A stretch of DNA of 64,000 nt from a virus (IMGVR_UViG_3300035208_002115), one strand, 5' to 3'; counted from the first letter of the stretch, positions 38,591 to 48,398 are shown. A program made the numbers and translations. The notes: generated by a model from the letters alone, not told the origin.

Positions 38591-38803
38591 TTATTTTTTT
38601 ATATTTTCACCGAAAATATCATCAAGTTTCTTTTTCCTGATATATTTTTTATCATTAATAAGAAGTATATCTTCGATAGTATTATTTATTTGTGTTATCG
38701 TTTCAAACATCTCATTTAAGTTTTTATGCAAACATTTGTGGGATTCACGTTTATTCTTTCTTCTCAGAATCCATTTTGATAGTATTCCCAAAAATTTCTT
38801 CAA
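38591..38803 (-). CDS. Small protein with C-terminal tag (IRKKKLDDIFG)
   Basis: ORF and motif. Confidence 0.65.
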   Translation of the reverse strand: MKKFLGILSKWILRRKNKRESHKCLHKNLNEMFETITQINNTIEDILLINDKKYIRKKKLDDIFGENIKK

Positions 38804-39017
38804 TTTTTTCTTTTCTATTATTATTCAATTCTAAAATTTTTTTATATGGATATTCTTGTGCAGCCCAACCATTTTGAGAATCCTCTACACCATACCAAAC
38901 CACACAAGTTGCCCTATCTGGTTCATAATATAATCCATTAAATGGACAATTTATATTTATTATAATACCATTTCCATCAGGAGTTTTAACTTTCTGGTAT
39001 ATGTGTAAATGCGACAT
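38751..39017 (-). CDS. Small SH3-like protein with near-C-terminal tag (NRKEKIEEIFG)
   Basis: KVKTPDGNGII beta pattern plus motif. Confidence 0.65.
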   Translation of the reverse strand: MSHLHIYQKVKTPDGNGIIININCPFNGLYYEPDRATCVVWYGVEDSQNGWAAQEYPYKKILELNNNRKEKIEEIFGNTIKMDSEKKE

Positions 39018-39224
39018 TTAATCTAAACAATAAGCCTGTTTCATCCAACAACCCTGACAACTCATTTCTTCAGGTTTTGTTATACCTATATATCTATGCA
39101 TAAGTAATTCTTCTTTTGACAGTTTTTTACCACATTCGCAACAAACCACCCCAAATACAAATAGATTTTCATATATTTCTACGGCTGGTAAATCATCGTC
39201 ATTTCTATGTATTAAATCATTCAT
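39018..39224 (-). CDS. Small Zn-binding hypothetical protein (CCEC...CQGC)
   Basis: Likely start ATG 39224. Confidence 0.6.
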   Translation of the reverse strand: MNDLIHRNDDDLPAVEIYENLFVFGVVCCECGKKLSKEELLMHRYIGITKPEEMSCQGCWMKQAYCLD

Positions 39225-39225
39225 A

Positions 39226-39687
39226 TTATTTTTTATTTTTGAGTTCTGAACATTTTTCATAGTTTTCATTTTTTGTATAATATTCTATCAAATTTTGTCG
39301 AAAGGATTCATCATTGAAAAAAGGATGTTCTTCATTATATGATATTACATCAGTAATTGTTAATTTAAAATACTTGTCTCTGTTGTATTTTAATTCTTCA
39401 TTTTCAGCTAAAAAATTAATAAGGTCGATATCACTAATAATTATATCCCGTAACTGATTTATAAAAGAAAAAATTTTATTATGTAAATCGATATAACCAA
39501 CGCTTATTTTAGTTAATTCGTTATTCTTTCTAAAAATATTTGACATTTCTCTCTTTTTAGTTTCATAATCATAACTATTAAGCAAATCCAAATTTGATTT
39601 TATTTTCTTGGCATTTTCAAGAGTGAAATATTGTAATAATTTCAATAATTCATGAAGTCTTAAATTCACAATACTCTTGTAATCCAT
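39226..39687 (-). CDS. Hypothetical protein with C-terminal UVR-like motif (ENYEKCSEL)
   Basis: ORF and motif. Confidence 0.65.
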   Translation of the reverse strand: MDYKSIVNLRLHELLKLLQYFTLENAKKIKSNLDLLNSYDYETKKREMSNIFRKNNELTKISVGYIDLHNKIFSFINQLRDIIISDIDLINFLAENEELKYNRDKYFKLTITDVISYNEEHPFFNDESFRQNLIEYYTKNENYEKCSELKNKK

Positions 39688-39693
39688 AGTAAA

Positions 39694-39852
39694 CTATTTT
39701 AACATTTTTTTTAAAATGTAATCGGTCATCTGGTTTTTTTGTGTCGGTGTAATAATTTGTTCTACCAACATCTCATCCAATGAACGACAAAATAGAGTTA
39801 CATACCATTGTTGGTCTTCTGTTAACTCTGAAAAAACACTTTTAACATCCAT
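39694..39852 (-). CDS. 52-aa hypothetical protein
   Basis: Manual translation MDVKSVFSEL...; fills the gap between 39687 and 39842. Confidence 0.55.
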   Translation of the reverse strand: MDVKSVFSELTEDQQWYVTLFCRSLDEMLVEQIITPTQKNQMTDYILKKMLK

Positions 39853-40927
39853 GTCTACTAAATAATATTTTTATAACTTTATCAGAAACATTATCAACAT
39901 TATAATCTTCAATGTCAGTCCAGTCTCTTTTCATAAACTTAATTGTATTATATGCGTCCATCATATTTCTATAATTCATACCAGTTAAAATAGTAGAACC
40001 ATTTTCGATAGTTTCTTGTCTTTCAGTGGTATTTCTTATTGTGATGGACGGTACTTTAAATATTTGTGTTTCCTCTTGAACAGTACCAGAGTCAGTTACA
40101 ACACAATATGCATTCTTTTCCAATTTAACGAAATCAAAAAATCCAAAAGGTTCAGAAAGTATTACATTATTATCAAAATTTAAATCTAAATGATTTAATT
40201 TTGATTTAGTTCTTGGATGAACCGAGAAAACAACTTTTCTATCCTTGGTTATTTCATTTAAAAAATTATAAAGCTCAACTAAATTCTCATTATTATCAAC
40301 ATTTTCACTTCTATGAGCAGTGACCAACACGTATTCTTTATATTTTAATTTTAATTTTTCAATAATCATACTATCTCGTATTCCATCTTGATATTCATCT
40401 AAAACTTCATAGATTGGGTTGCCTATTTTAAAAATAAAATTTTTATGATACCCTTCAGATAAAAGATTTTGTTTACTATTTTCTGTATAAGGAAGATTAA
40501 CTTTTGAAAAAGAATCGATGATTCTTCTATTAGTTTCTTCTGGGACACGGCTGTCAAAACATCTGTTACCAGCTTCCATATGATATACTGGTATCCCCCG
40601 TTTAGCTGCCAACATCGCAAGCAAACCCGTATTAGTATCACCGAGAATTAATACTTTATCTGGATTTTCTTGATTAAGAACGTTTTCGAATTTTTCAATT
40701 CCTTTAGATAAAAATTCACCAACTGATTTAGCTTCTAAATCACTAAAATAATAACTTGGTGAAAACATATCCAATTCTCCAAAGAAAACCTTACTTAATT
40801 GGTAATCAAAATTTTGATTTGAATATACAACAACATGATTTTTACCAAGTATATGATTAAGTTTTTTAATTATTACAGAAAGTCTTATAATTTCTGGTCG
40901 AGTCCCAAGGAGTGTTAATATTTTCAT
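39842..40927 (-). CDS. wecB: UDP-N-acetylhexosamine 2-epimerase (non-hydrolysing; FnlC/WbjD-like)
   Basis: GTRPEIIRL, LGDTN, HMEAGNR, PEETNR, TAHRSENVD, TDSGTVQEE, TERQE. Confidence 0.9.
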   Translation of the reverse strand: MKILTLLGTRPEIIRLSVIIKKLNHILGKNHVVVYSNQNFDYQLSKVFFGELDMFSPSYYFSDLEAKSVGEFLSKGIEKFENVLNQENPDKVLILGDTNTGLLAMLAAKRGIPVYHMEAGNRCFDSRVPEETNRRIIDSFSKVNLPYTENSKQNLLSEGYHKNFIFKIGNPIYEVLDEYQDGIRDSMIIEKLKLKYKEYVLVTAHRSENVDNNENLVELYNFLNEITKDRKVVFSVHPRTKSKLNHLDLNFDNNVILSEPFGFFDFVKLEKNAYCVVTDSGTVQEETQIFKVPSITIRNTTERQETIENGSTILTGMNYRNMMDAYNTIKFMKRDWTDIEDYNVDNVSDKVIKILFSRHGC

Positions 40928-40947
40928 CCGAATAAAGTCTTTCTATT

Positions 40948-40973
40948 TATAGAAAAGTTCGAATGAAAAGTTT
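40948..40973 (-). promoter_or_regulatory. AAAC-N18-TATA putative promoter
   Basis: Conserved spacing; upstream of 40927. Confidence 0.55.
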
Positions 40974-41024
40974 AATTTATTAATAATGATATTTTATATT
41001 GTTTTTAATAAGAAAAAATAATAA

Positions 41025-41294
41025 TTATTCACCAGCTTTTACTTGTAACATTTTCTTTTCGTATTCATCAATATTTTCTTTTGATATCCATTCTGGTTTT
41101 ATTTCAAGTTCATTCCAGAGTTTTCTCATTTCAGATATTTGACCTTCAACTGAACCAGCCCATAAATGTTTTTCAGCACCATTACCATGACCAAGGAAAT
41201 AATCACAGTCTTGTTGAAGCCTACTAAGCATCATATATGTATATCTGGTTGAATCTTCAGATTCATTAAATTTAGTATAAGATAATATTTTCAT
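41025..41294 (-). CDS. LPD11 (large polyvalent protein-associated domain 11) protein with CTS-like N-terminus
   Basis: YMMLSRLQQDCDYFLG.G...HLWAGSVEGQI..M..LWN...KPEW; MKILSYTKFNES; TTAATATATA at 41317-41326. Confidence 0.8.
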   Translation of the reverse strand: MKILSYTKFNESEDSTRYTYMMLSRLQQDCDYFLGHGNGAEKHLWAGSVEGQISEMRKLWNELEIKPEWISKENIDEYEKKMLQVKAGE

Positions 41295-41397
41295 AATATT
41301 AATATTGATTTTATTTTATATATTAAATATTATAATATATTTTTCATAATCAATGTCAATGTTTTTAACACATTAAAAAATTCTTCTTTTGTCATTT

Positions 41398-42642
41398 TTA
41401 TAACGTATTTATATCTTCTATCTCATCTATACGATTAATAATTCTTATATCTGGAAAAGGTATGATATAAGTAAAATCATAATTATTTATAAGTTTAGAA
41501 ATTATCATTTTTGAATAGTTCCACGCAAATATGACTATATAATCTGTATTAATATTTAATTTATCGCTACTAAGTATGGGGATATTATTTATATACCTAC
41601 CATATCTTTCAGGTGATTCATCAATTATATAATCAATAAGAGTATTGTCAATATTATTGAAATTACATAACATATTTGCACGACCAGATGCTCCATATCC
41701 AGCAATGTTATAACCTTTATTTTTAATACCAATCAAACATTTATATAATTCGTGTTGGTGAATTAGCACTCTATTTTTAAAATCATCGTAATATTTTGGT
41801 GTATCAACACCCAATAATTTTTCTTTTTCTAAAACTTGAACTATTTTTTCATTTACAGGCTCAACTTTATTAAATACAATAACCCTGATACTACCAGAAT
41901 GTAATGGTATTTCATCAACATTAACAATAGTCATATTATTCATATCAAATAAATATTTCAGAGCTGTCACTGTATAATAATAAATATGTTCATGATAAAC
42001 ATTATCATATTGTAATTCCTCAATTATATTTTTACCATAATGAACTTCAAAAATAAAACATCCATCTTCTTTCAATGCATAATGAATACCTTTAACAACT
42101 GATTGTATATCATCAACATGAGCGAAAGTATTTGAAGCTGTAATTAAATCAAAACTATTTTTTACACAATATTTTTGAGCATTTTCAAAATTGAAATAGT
42201 CATGTATTATATCACACCCTCTGTCTATTGCTATCTTAGAAACATTGTCTGATGGTTCAAATCCTTTAGCAAGTATTCCAGAATCATTAAGTGGTTTTAA
42301 TAAAACACCATCATTAGAACCTATTTCCAATACTTTGGAATTAGAGTTTAAATTAAAATATTCTATTAAATATTTAGAATATTCATTAAAATGTTTCTGT
42401 AAAGAAACTGATGATAAATACCTATAATCTTTAAACAAATAATCAGCTTCGACAATACTATTAGATTGAAGTAAATGACAAGTAGGACAATATAATAAAC
42501 TAAGCTCATAGGTTTTTATATTATTTAATTGGTCTTCTTTAGGAAAAAAACCTGCTAATGAAACTTCACCATAATTTAATACCGTAACAAATTCTTCTCC
42601 ACCACAAATTGCACATTTAGTTCTTTTCTTGTATTCACTCAT
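41398..42642 (-). CDS. NDP-hexose C-methyltransferase (Zn-binding N-terminus, class I SAM)
   Basis: CAIC...CPTC, EIGSNDG, NTFAH, YHEHIYY, HSGSIR, GYGASGR, FAWNY; likely start 42642. Confidence 0.88.
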   Translation of the reverse strand: MSEYKKRTKCAICGGEEFVTVLNYGEVSLAGFFPKEDQLNNIKTYELSLLYCPTCHLLQSNSIVEADYLFKDYRYLSSVSLQKHFNEYSKYLIEYFNLNSNSKVLEIGSNDGVLLKPLNDSGILAKGFEPSDNVSKIAIDRGCDIIHDYFNFENAQKYCVKNSFDLITASNTFAHVDDIQSVVKGIHYALKEDGCFIFEVHYGKNIIEELQYDNVYHEHIYYYTVTALKYLFDMNNMTIVNVDEIPLHSGSIRVIVFNKVEPVNEKIVQVLEKEKLLGVDTPKYYDDFKNRVLIHQHELYKCLIGIKNKGYNIAGYGASGRANMLCNFNNIDNTLIDYIIDESPERYGRYINNIPILSSDKLNINTDYIVIFAWNYSKMIISKLINNYDFTYIIPFPDIRIINRIDEIEDINTL

Positions 42643-42652
42643 CCTATATTTA

Positions 42653-43255
42653 TTATTTTTTAACGAACAGTAAATCGTTGTGTGTACCATCCCAATATGG
42701 AAAATCTGTAATATTATAACCTGTTATATTATCTACATAATCATAATTATTTTTAGTCATGAAAGAAAAAATTTCATTTTTATTATTTTCATACACTTCT
42801 ATTAAAATATATTGAGGACTATAAATATTAAAATTCAGTCCTTTTAAGACTTCCATCTCATACCCTTCCACATCTAAACTAAATAAATCTATGTTACTTA
42901 TATTTAACTCTTTCAATATAGATGTCAATGTTCTACATTCCACTTTTGTCTGGGGCTGTCTTTTTAATCTGTCACCATTAACACTTGACATACATGAACC
43001 ATCAAAATCTCCGTATATTTCTTTAATATTATCAGAAGAAACTAAAGCACAATTATAAAAAAAATTATTTTTAGAACGATTCTTAATACATTCATCAAAA
43101 GCTTTTATTGATGGTTCTATTAATATTCCATTCCAATTTAATTTTTCCAATTCATATGTATAACTATAAAATACACCATCATTTGCACCACATTCTATAT
43201 AGAATCCGTCTCTGTGGTTTATGTATTTAAATAAATTTTTTATAAAATGCTCCAT
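42653..43255 (-). CDS. FkbM-family methyltransferase
   Basis: IECGANDG, GILIEP, SLDVEGYE. Confidence 0.88.
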   Translation of the reverse strand: MEHFIKNLFKYINHRDGFYIECGANDGVFYSYTYELEKLNWNGILIEPSIKAFDECIKNRSKNNFFYNCALVSSDNIKEIYGDFDGSCMSSVNGDRLKRQPQTKVECRTLTSILKELNISNIDLFSLDVEGYEMEVLKGLNFNIYSPQYILIEVYENNKNEIFSFMTKNNYDYVDNITGYNITDFPYWDGTHNDLLFVKK

Positions 43256-43260
43256 AATTA

Positions 43261-44037
43261 TCAAATTGTTTTTGGATACTTTAACATAATATAATCACTA
43301 CATTTCAAATTATACCTTTCCCAATAATCGTAGTAATGGGTTTCATCATCTTTTATTTTTATTTGTTTCCAAATTTTTTTAATACAATTAAAATATATAT
43401 TTAATACCCCCTGTTCGTTTGTTTTTGAATTGATATATTTATAAGATAATTCTATCAAATCTGTTTTAGTATTGTCAGTTATTATATTAGTATCATATAA
43501 TAAGATACCAGATTGGAAATAATCTATATTTAAATCATATTCTTCATTTAATTCATTATATAAATCTTTAAAATAAAAATAATCAAATTGCACATTTAAT
43601 TTCCAATCATACATAGGATACGCATCAGAATGTGCCAATAAAACATTTGTACAATCTAATGATATTATTTTATCAATAGGTTTAAAAATTTTCATACCAC
43701 TATCTACATATAAACATTTTTTCCACTGTTTAAAATATACGTCAAAACAATGAATTTTATGCCATTGAAATATTTTATTTACCTCTCTACCATCAAGGCT
43801 TATGGGTTTATATCTTAATTCTTTGATTATATCACTTCTATCAAATTCTGGAAAATATTTTATAATTGTATTATAATTTTCTACATTCTTAATATTATTA
43901 TCATCTTTCAAATCATCACCAATTAATAATACCACATCTTTTTCATACAGTCCTATTTTCCTGATTTGATTTATCGTATCTAAAGCTTTTTCTAAATACG
44001 GCTTATTAGTCATTAATATAATACAATAATCACTCAT
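43261..44037 (-). CDS. GT8-like glycosyltransferase
   Basis: WHKIHCF, YVDSG, FQSGILLY, NEQGVLN. Confidence 0.65.
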   Translation of the reverse strand: MSDYCIILMTNKPYLEKALDTINQIRKIGLYEKDVVLLIGDDLKDDNNIKNVENYNTIIKYFPEFDRSDIIKELRYKPISLDGREVNKIFQWHKIHCFDVYFKQWKKCLYVDSGMKIFKPIDKIISLDCTNVLLAHSDAYPMYDWKLNVQFDYFYFKDLYNELNEEYDLNIDYFQSGILLYDTNIITDNTKTDLIELSYKYINSKTNEQGVLNIYFNCIKKIWKQIKIKDDETHYYDYWERYNLKCSDYIMLKYPKTI

Positions 44038-44707
44038 GTGTGTGTTTTCTTTTTATCATTTCATGAAGTTTTTTCATTATTCTAATATCATCCATTCTAT
44101 CATGACAACGGCATCTATAATAAAATTGTGTAAAATCTATTTTATCTTCTGTTAAATTAAAAAAATCAATATTATCCCAAGTACCCAATGTTTCTTTTGT
44201 CATTTCAAATAAGGATATTTTTAAATCGTGCATTAAAAAACCTAATGCAACATCGTCAGGTAATTCATGATGTATATTTTGTTTATATTTTGAAACCATT
44301 TCAACAACGTCTTTTGATAAAAAATATACCCCAGCACCTACCCACAACCCATTAACAAATATGGGGTTGGCACAATAAAAATTAGTTCTCGGTTTATTTT
44401 CTATAAACTTTTTCAGATTATATAAATCAATATATGACGACTCATTTGTTCTAAATATATAATCAAATGTTTTATTATTCAACACCCATTCAAACACAGA
44501 AACTGTTTTCCTCCCAATATTAGATACAGTTTCTTCAACAGGACAATATATATTTTCATTTTCTTGATATAATTTATCAGAATTTCCGTAATAATAAAAT
44601 ATTTCAATGTCGTTATCATTTTCAGAAAAACAAGTTTTTTTTATCGTTTCATTTAAAATATTATATTTGGTATTATTAGAAGATAAAACTAATACTATTA
44701 TTTTCAT
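44030..44707 (-). CDS. GT31 (galactosyltransferase/Fringe)-like glycosyltransferase
   Basis: KT...F.W, DYIFRTNESSYI, GAG.YFLS.D, DDVALG. Confidence 0.7.
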   Translation of the reverse strand: MKIIVLVLSSNNTKYNILNETIKKTCFSENDNDIEIFYYYGNSDKLYQENENIYCPVEETVSNIGRKTVSVFEWVLNNKTFDYIFRTNESSYIDLYNLKKFIENKPRTNFYCANPIFVNGLWVGAGVYFLSKDVVEMVSKYKQNIHHELPDDVALGFLMHDLKISLFEMTKETLGTWDNIDFFNLTEDKIDFTQFYYRCRCHDRMDDIRIMKKLHEMIKRKHTHE

Positions 44708-44712
44708 TCAAA

Positions 44713-45399
44713 TTATTTATTTTTTATAGCTAAACACCAAGTTATAATAGGGCATTTCACGTCATTATATCCAGCACGAGTAGAATAAGTATAATCTGAC
44801 CATAATTTATCGTGCATTTGTCTAAAATACTCCTTATTACCCCATTGTCCAATTTTAAGTATATCAAATCCAGCCAATTTAACCATTGCGCCTAAACCAA
44901 CAGGTGTAATACCAGTATAAAAATGAAATGGTGTTGAATGTGGCACATTGTCTGCTGGAACATTTGTATAAAAAATTCCACCAATTTTCAAATGATTATA
45001 AATATTTTTTATGGCTAAAATAGGATTATATAAATGTTCAATTGTTTGATTCGTCATTGCAAAATCAAAATCTTTTTTGTCTAAATCAATTTTATGTAAA
45101 TCATATTTTTCATTTTCTTCATAATTAAAATTATGAAGATTATTATATTTCATATATTCATATTCTGGGTCGCTATCTCCGTTGAATGATAAAACATCAT
45201 TAAAAGTTTTATTATATTCTAACATATATTCTCTAAATTCGAGCAAAGCTATGATTCGGGGAAAATCTTTCCCTTCCCATTTCCATTGTTTATTATTATA
45301 TTGAAGTGGTAGAGGAACGTATTTATTAGTATATTCTATTGTGTAATTTATTTTAACATAGTTGTTATAAATATCATTAATATCATTATTACTTAACAT
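44713..45399 (-). CDS. Class I SAM-dependent methyltransferase-like protein
   Basis: FDF...NQTIEHLYNP...LKIGG...P...H..P.HF. Confidence 0.75.
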   Translation of the reverse strand: MLSNNDINDIYNNYVKINYTIEYTNKYVPLPLQYNNKQWKWEGKDFPRIIALLEFREYMLEYNKTFNDVLSFNGDSDPEYEYMKYNNLHNFNYEENEKYDLHKIDLDKKDFDFAMTNQTIEHLYNPILAIKNIYNHLKIGGIFYTNVPADNVPHSTPFHFYTGITPVGLGAMVKLAGFDILKIGQWGNKEYFRQMHDKLWSDYTYSTRAGYNDVKCPIITWCLAIKNK

Positions 45400-46250
45400 A
45401 ATTTATTTAATTTATTTATTATTTGATTTGAACACCCAGCGAAACTAAAGTATTCTTTATATATTATTTCACCATTGGTTCTATATTTTTTTATATCATT
45501 TTCTGTTTTAGAACAAAGTATTGTTTTAATATTTTCGATTTCATTTTCAGAAATTAATATTCCAATATCATTAAAATCGAATTCACCAATCCAAGGTATC
45601 CAAGGTTTATCATATACATAAACTGGAATTGAACCATGTTGTAGTGATTCACAAATTCTAAATGATGTTGCACCATACCCCCTCGGACATAATGAAAAAA
45701 CACTTCTTTCTAATATATCAATGAAAACATTATATCCGACCCTTTCTTTTAATATGAATTCATTTTCATATAAAAATTTTATTTTTTCCCGAATAAAATG
45801 TCTACCATTAATCACTCCGACAAAACTGCAAAAAATATCACGCTCTCTATTTTTATTTATATGAGGATTGACATTACAATTCAACGGTATTGGATAACCA
45901 ATGTTTTTTTCTGGTACGACTTTTTTACCACCACCGCCCTGACCAAATACAAATAAATCCACATGTTCTATATTTTGAAGAATACCATCATCATATTGAA
46001 CAATGGTAAAATATTTTTTAGATGTATCAAGACTATTTAAAAACAATTGAATATCGTTCATATCAGTATTACCATAATCCCGACTGATATACAAATTCGT
46101 CCAAAGAATCGGTAAATAAAAATATTCAGTTTCTATTTTGTTTTTTATAAAATAATCTAAAAAATATTCTTCAAATACCTTTTTATTATATGGTGGATAT
46201 TCATGATTTGTTTTAACTATAAACTTTGATGGAACATCAACTATATTCAT
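45393..46250 (-). CDS. Exostosin-family (GT47-like) glycosyltransferase
   Basis: FSLCPRGYGATSFRICESLQHGSIPVY. Confidence 0.8.
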   Translation of the reverse strand: MNIVDVPSKFIVKTNHEYPPYNKKVFEEYFLDYFIKNKIETEYFYLPILWTNLYISRDYGNTDMNDIQLFLNSLDTSKKYFTIVQYDDGILQNIEHVDLFVFGQGGGGKKVVPEKNIGYPIPLNCNVNPHINKNRERDIFCSFVGVINGRHFIREKIKFLYENEFILKERVGYNVFIDILERSVFSLCPRGYGATSFRICESLQHGSIPVYVYDKPWIPWIGEFDFNDIGILISENEIENIKTILCSKTENDIKKYRTNGEIIYKEYFSFAGCSNQIINKLNKLC

Positions 46251-46972
46251 TACATATTTCTTATTTTTTCAAATATTTTTGTTGTTGATAATTGACATTC
46301 ATTAGTGTGAGTTATATACCAACTATTATTGTGGACACGATGAATATATGATAAATCGGGTACTACCTCAATTTTAAATCCCTCCATTAACCACAGATAT
46401 GAAAAATATAAAGCATCATTAATGCTCAGTTCATTATCGATTTCTTTATTTTTTAAAATTTTTAAATAATTATTTCTATTGACAAAATAATTTCCAGTAT
46501 TTAAAAGTGCATCGAATAATTCTATATGTATAAAATTCTTCAAGGTATTTTTATTTATATCTAATCCAGTGAAGTTTTTATAATTAAGAGAAATTGTATT
46601 TTTAGCTGTGTTTTGATATAAGATTTCTGGACAATATAATATATCATCTTTCGCATCTATTCTTTTAATAATATTAATATAAGAATCATCAATAATGTTA
46701 TCTGAATCCAATAAAATGACCCAATCATTTTTACAATGTTCTACTGTTATTGTTTTATTTAATAATGGCTTAAAATTTCTTTCGTTTCGAAATATTTTAA
46801 TTTTCGTATTGTTTAATTTATCAATTTCATTTTTAAGAGTATCATAATAAGTTTGAATAGAATTATCATCTATAATTACAATTTCTTCAATAAAATCGTT
46901 ATCTAACACTTGGTTAAAAGATTCTAATGTTAATAAATGTCTATTATATGTTGGTATTGCTAATGATATCAT
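46250..46972 (-). CDS. GT2-family glycosyltransferase
   Basis: IPTYNR, IIDDNS, LLDSDN. Confidence 0.85.
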   Translation of the reverse strand: MISLAIPTYNRHLLTLESFNQVLDNDFIEEIVIIDDNSIQTYYDTLKNEIDKLNNTKIKIFRNERNFKPLLNKTITVEHCKNDWVILLDSDNIIDDSYINIIKRIDAKDDILYCPEILYQNTAKNTISLNYKNFTGLDINKNTLKNFIHIELFDALLNTGNYFVNRNNYLKILKNKEIDNELSINDALYFSYLWLMEGFKIEVVPDLSYIHRVHNNSWYITHTNECQLSTTKIFEKIRNM

Positions 46973-46978
46973 AATCTT

Positions 46979-47599
46979 TTATTTATTTTTAATATAAAGT
47001 GCATCACCCCAAGTACCACCAGCCCAAAATGTTTCAACTCTTTTGAAGTTGTAATGTTTTAATAGAAATTCATCCAATTCATCTTCTAATACACAATCTT
47101 TATATAAGTTAGCTCTATTTATTTCAGTCATTATAATATCTATTGTATTCAATGATTTTATAGCACCTTTAAAAACTTCTAATTCATATCCTTGAACATC
47201 AATATTAATAAAATTAAAATCATTTCGATTGTATGGTATATTATCCAGTTTATCAATTTCAACTTCAATTTTATCATTAAATTTAATATTTGGGTATTGT
47301 GTTACATGTAACATGGGTTCTAATAAAGATGATGATTGGCTTTCATTATCATATTCAACATACATATCAGCTTTTCCAATTTTATTACCAAGTGCTTTAT
47401 TGACAAATATTGCATTATTTTCACCAACATATTGTTTTAATTTTTCAAATGTATGAGGTAAAGGCTCAAAAAACATAACATTTTTAATATTAGCTTTTTT
47501 ATAAGCATCCATTTCCCTACCAAAGTGTGCGCCAATATGAAGAACACCTTTTAAATTCAGATTATATTTTTTTATTAAATTTTCAAGATTAAGTAACAT
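46979..47599 (-). CDS. FkbM-family methyltransferase
   Basis: HIGAHFG.E, FEP, SSSLL, NIDVQGYELEV, WGDALY. Confidence 0.88.
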   Translation of the reverse strand: MLLNLENLIKKYNLNLKGVLHIGAHFGREMDAYKKANIKNVMFFEPLPHTFEKLKQYVGENNAIFVNKALGNKIGKADMYVEYDNESQSSSLLEPMLHVTQYPNIKFNDKIEVEIDKLDNIPYNRNDFNFINIDVQGYELEVFKGAIKSLNTIDIIMTEINRANLYKDCVLEDELDEFLLKHYNFKRVETFWAGGTWGDALYIKNK

Positions 47600-48398
47600 T
47601 TTTTTTATTTTTATTTTTAAAAATCAAATCTATTTCCTGATGACATGCATTATTTTTTAAACCATCAATATTTTCTAAACTAATAATAAATCCGTCTAAA
47701 AACTTTTTATTAAGTTCTCTCACATCAATAATACCATGATAGTTTGGATTATTTGTTTGAACTTTATTACAAGGGTTATTTATAATTATCGATTTATCAT
47801 AACAAATCATTTTTGGTAAATTTATTGGTCTAATAGCCATATTACCTTCAAATGAATTAGGGTTTGTATAAGGTAAATTTAATACATAGGGAAATATCTG
47901 ATTCGTTCTGAAAATATGTCCATCTACGGACATTGGATAACCATAATCTCCACTTTCACCTTTCCACAAATAAATATTATTATCTAAGAACATTGGATTA
48001 ACCATATTTGTTTTAGATGCATATGAATGTGTTAAATCTGGTTGTAATCTTAAACTTCTACATAATATTTCATTATCTTGTTCAAATATTTCTTTTTGTT
48101 TATCATCAAAATCTATCGTGTTTTTAAATATTATATCATCAACAAAAAATACAGTGAATGCATCATATTGATTTATTAAATTTATTAAATCTGATTTGAA
48201 ATTTTCTTCTTTTTTCCACAATATATCTCCGTTTGATTCACTTATTAATTTTTCGTAACCGTTTTTAAATTTATCATCAGAATATGTGTATAAAATTTTT
48301 ATCCAATATTTATCTGGATTTTTAACATATATATTGAAGCTTCTAATGAATAACTCCAATTGCATTGCTCTATCTTTACTAAAAACTATAATATTCAT
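47589..48398 (-). CDS. Putative GT-A-fold glycosyltransferase
   Basis: FSKDRAMQL...FFVDD...YPMSVDG...PNSFE; position in glycan locus. Confidence 0.6.
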   Translation of the reverse strand: MNIIVFSKDRAMQLELFIRSFNIYVKNPDKYWIKILYTYSDDKFKNGYEKLISESNGDILWKKEENFKSDLINLINQYDAFTVFFVDDIIFKNTIDFDDKQKEIFEQDNEILCRSLRLQPDLTHSYASKTNMVNPMFLDNNIYLWKGESGDYGYPMSVDGHIFRTNQIFPYVLNLPYTNPNSFEGNMAIRPINLPKMICYDKSIIINNPCNKVQTNNPNYHGIIDVRELNKKFLDGFIISLENIDGLKNNACHQEIDLIFKNKNKKNVT

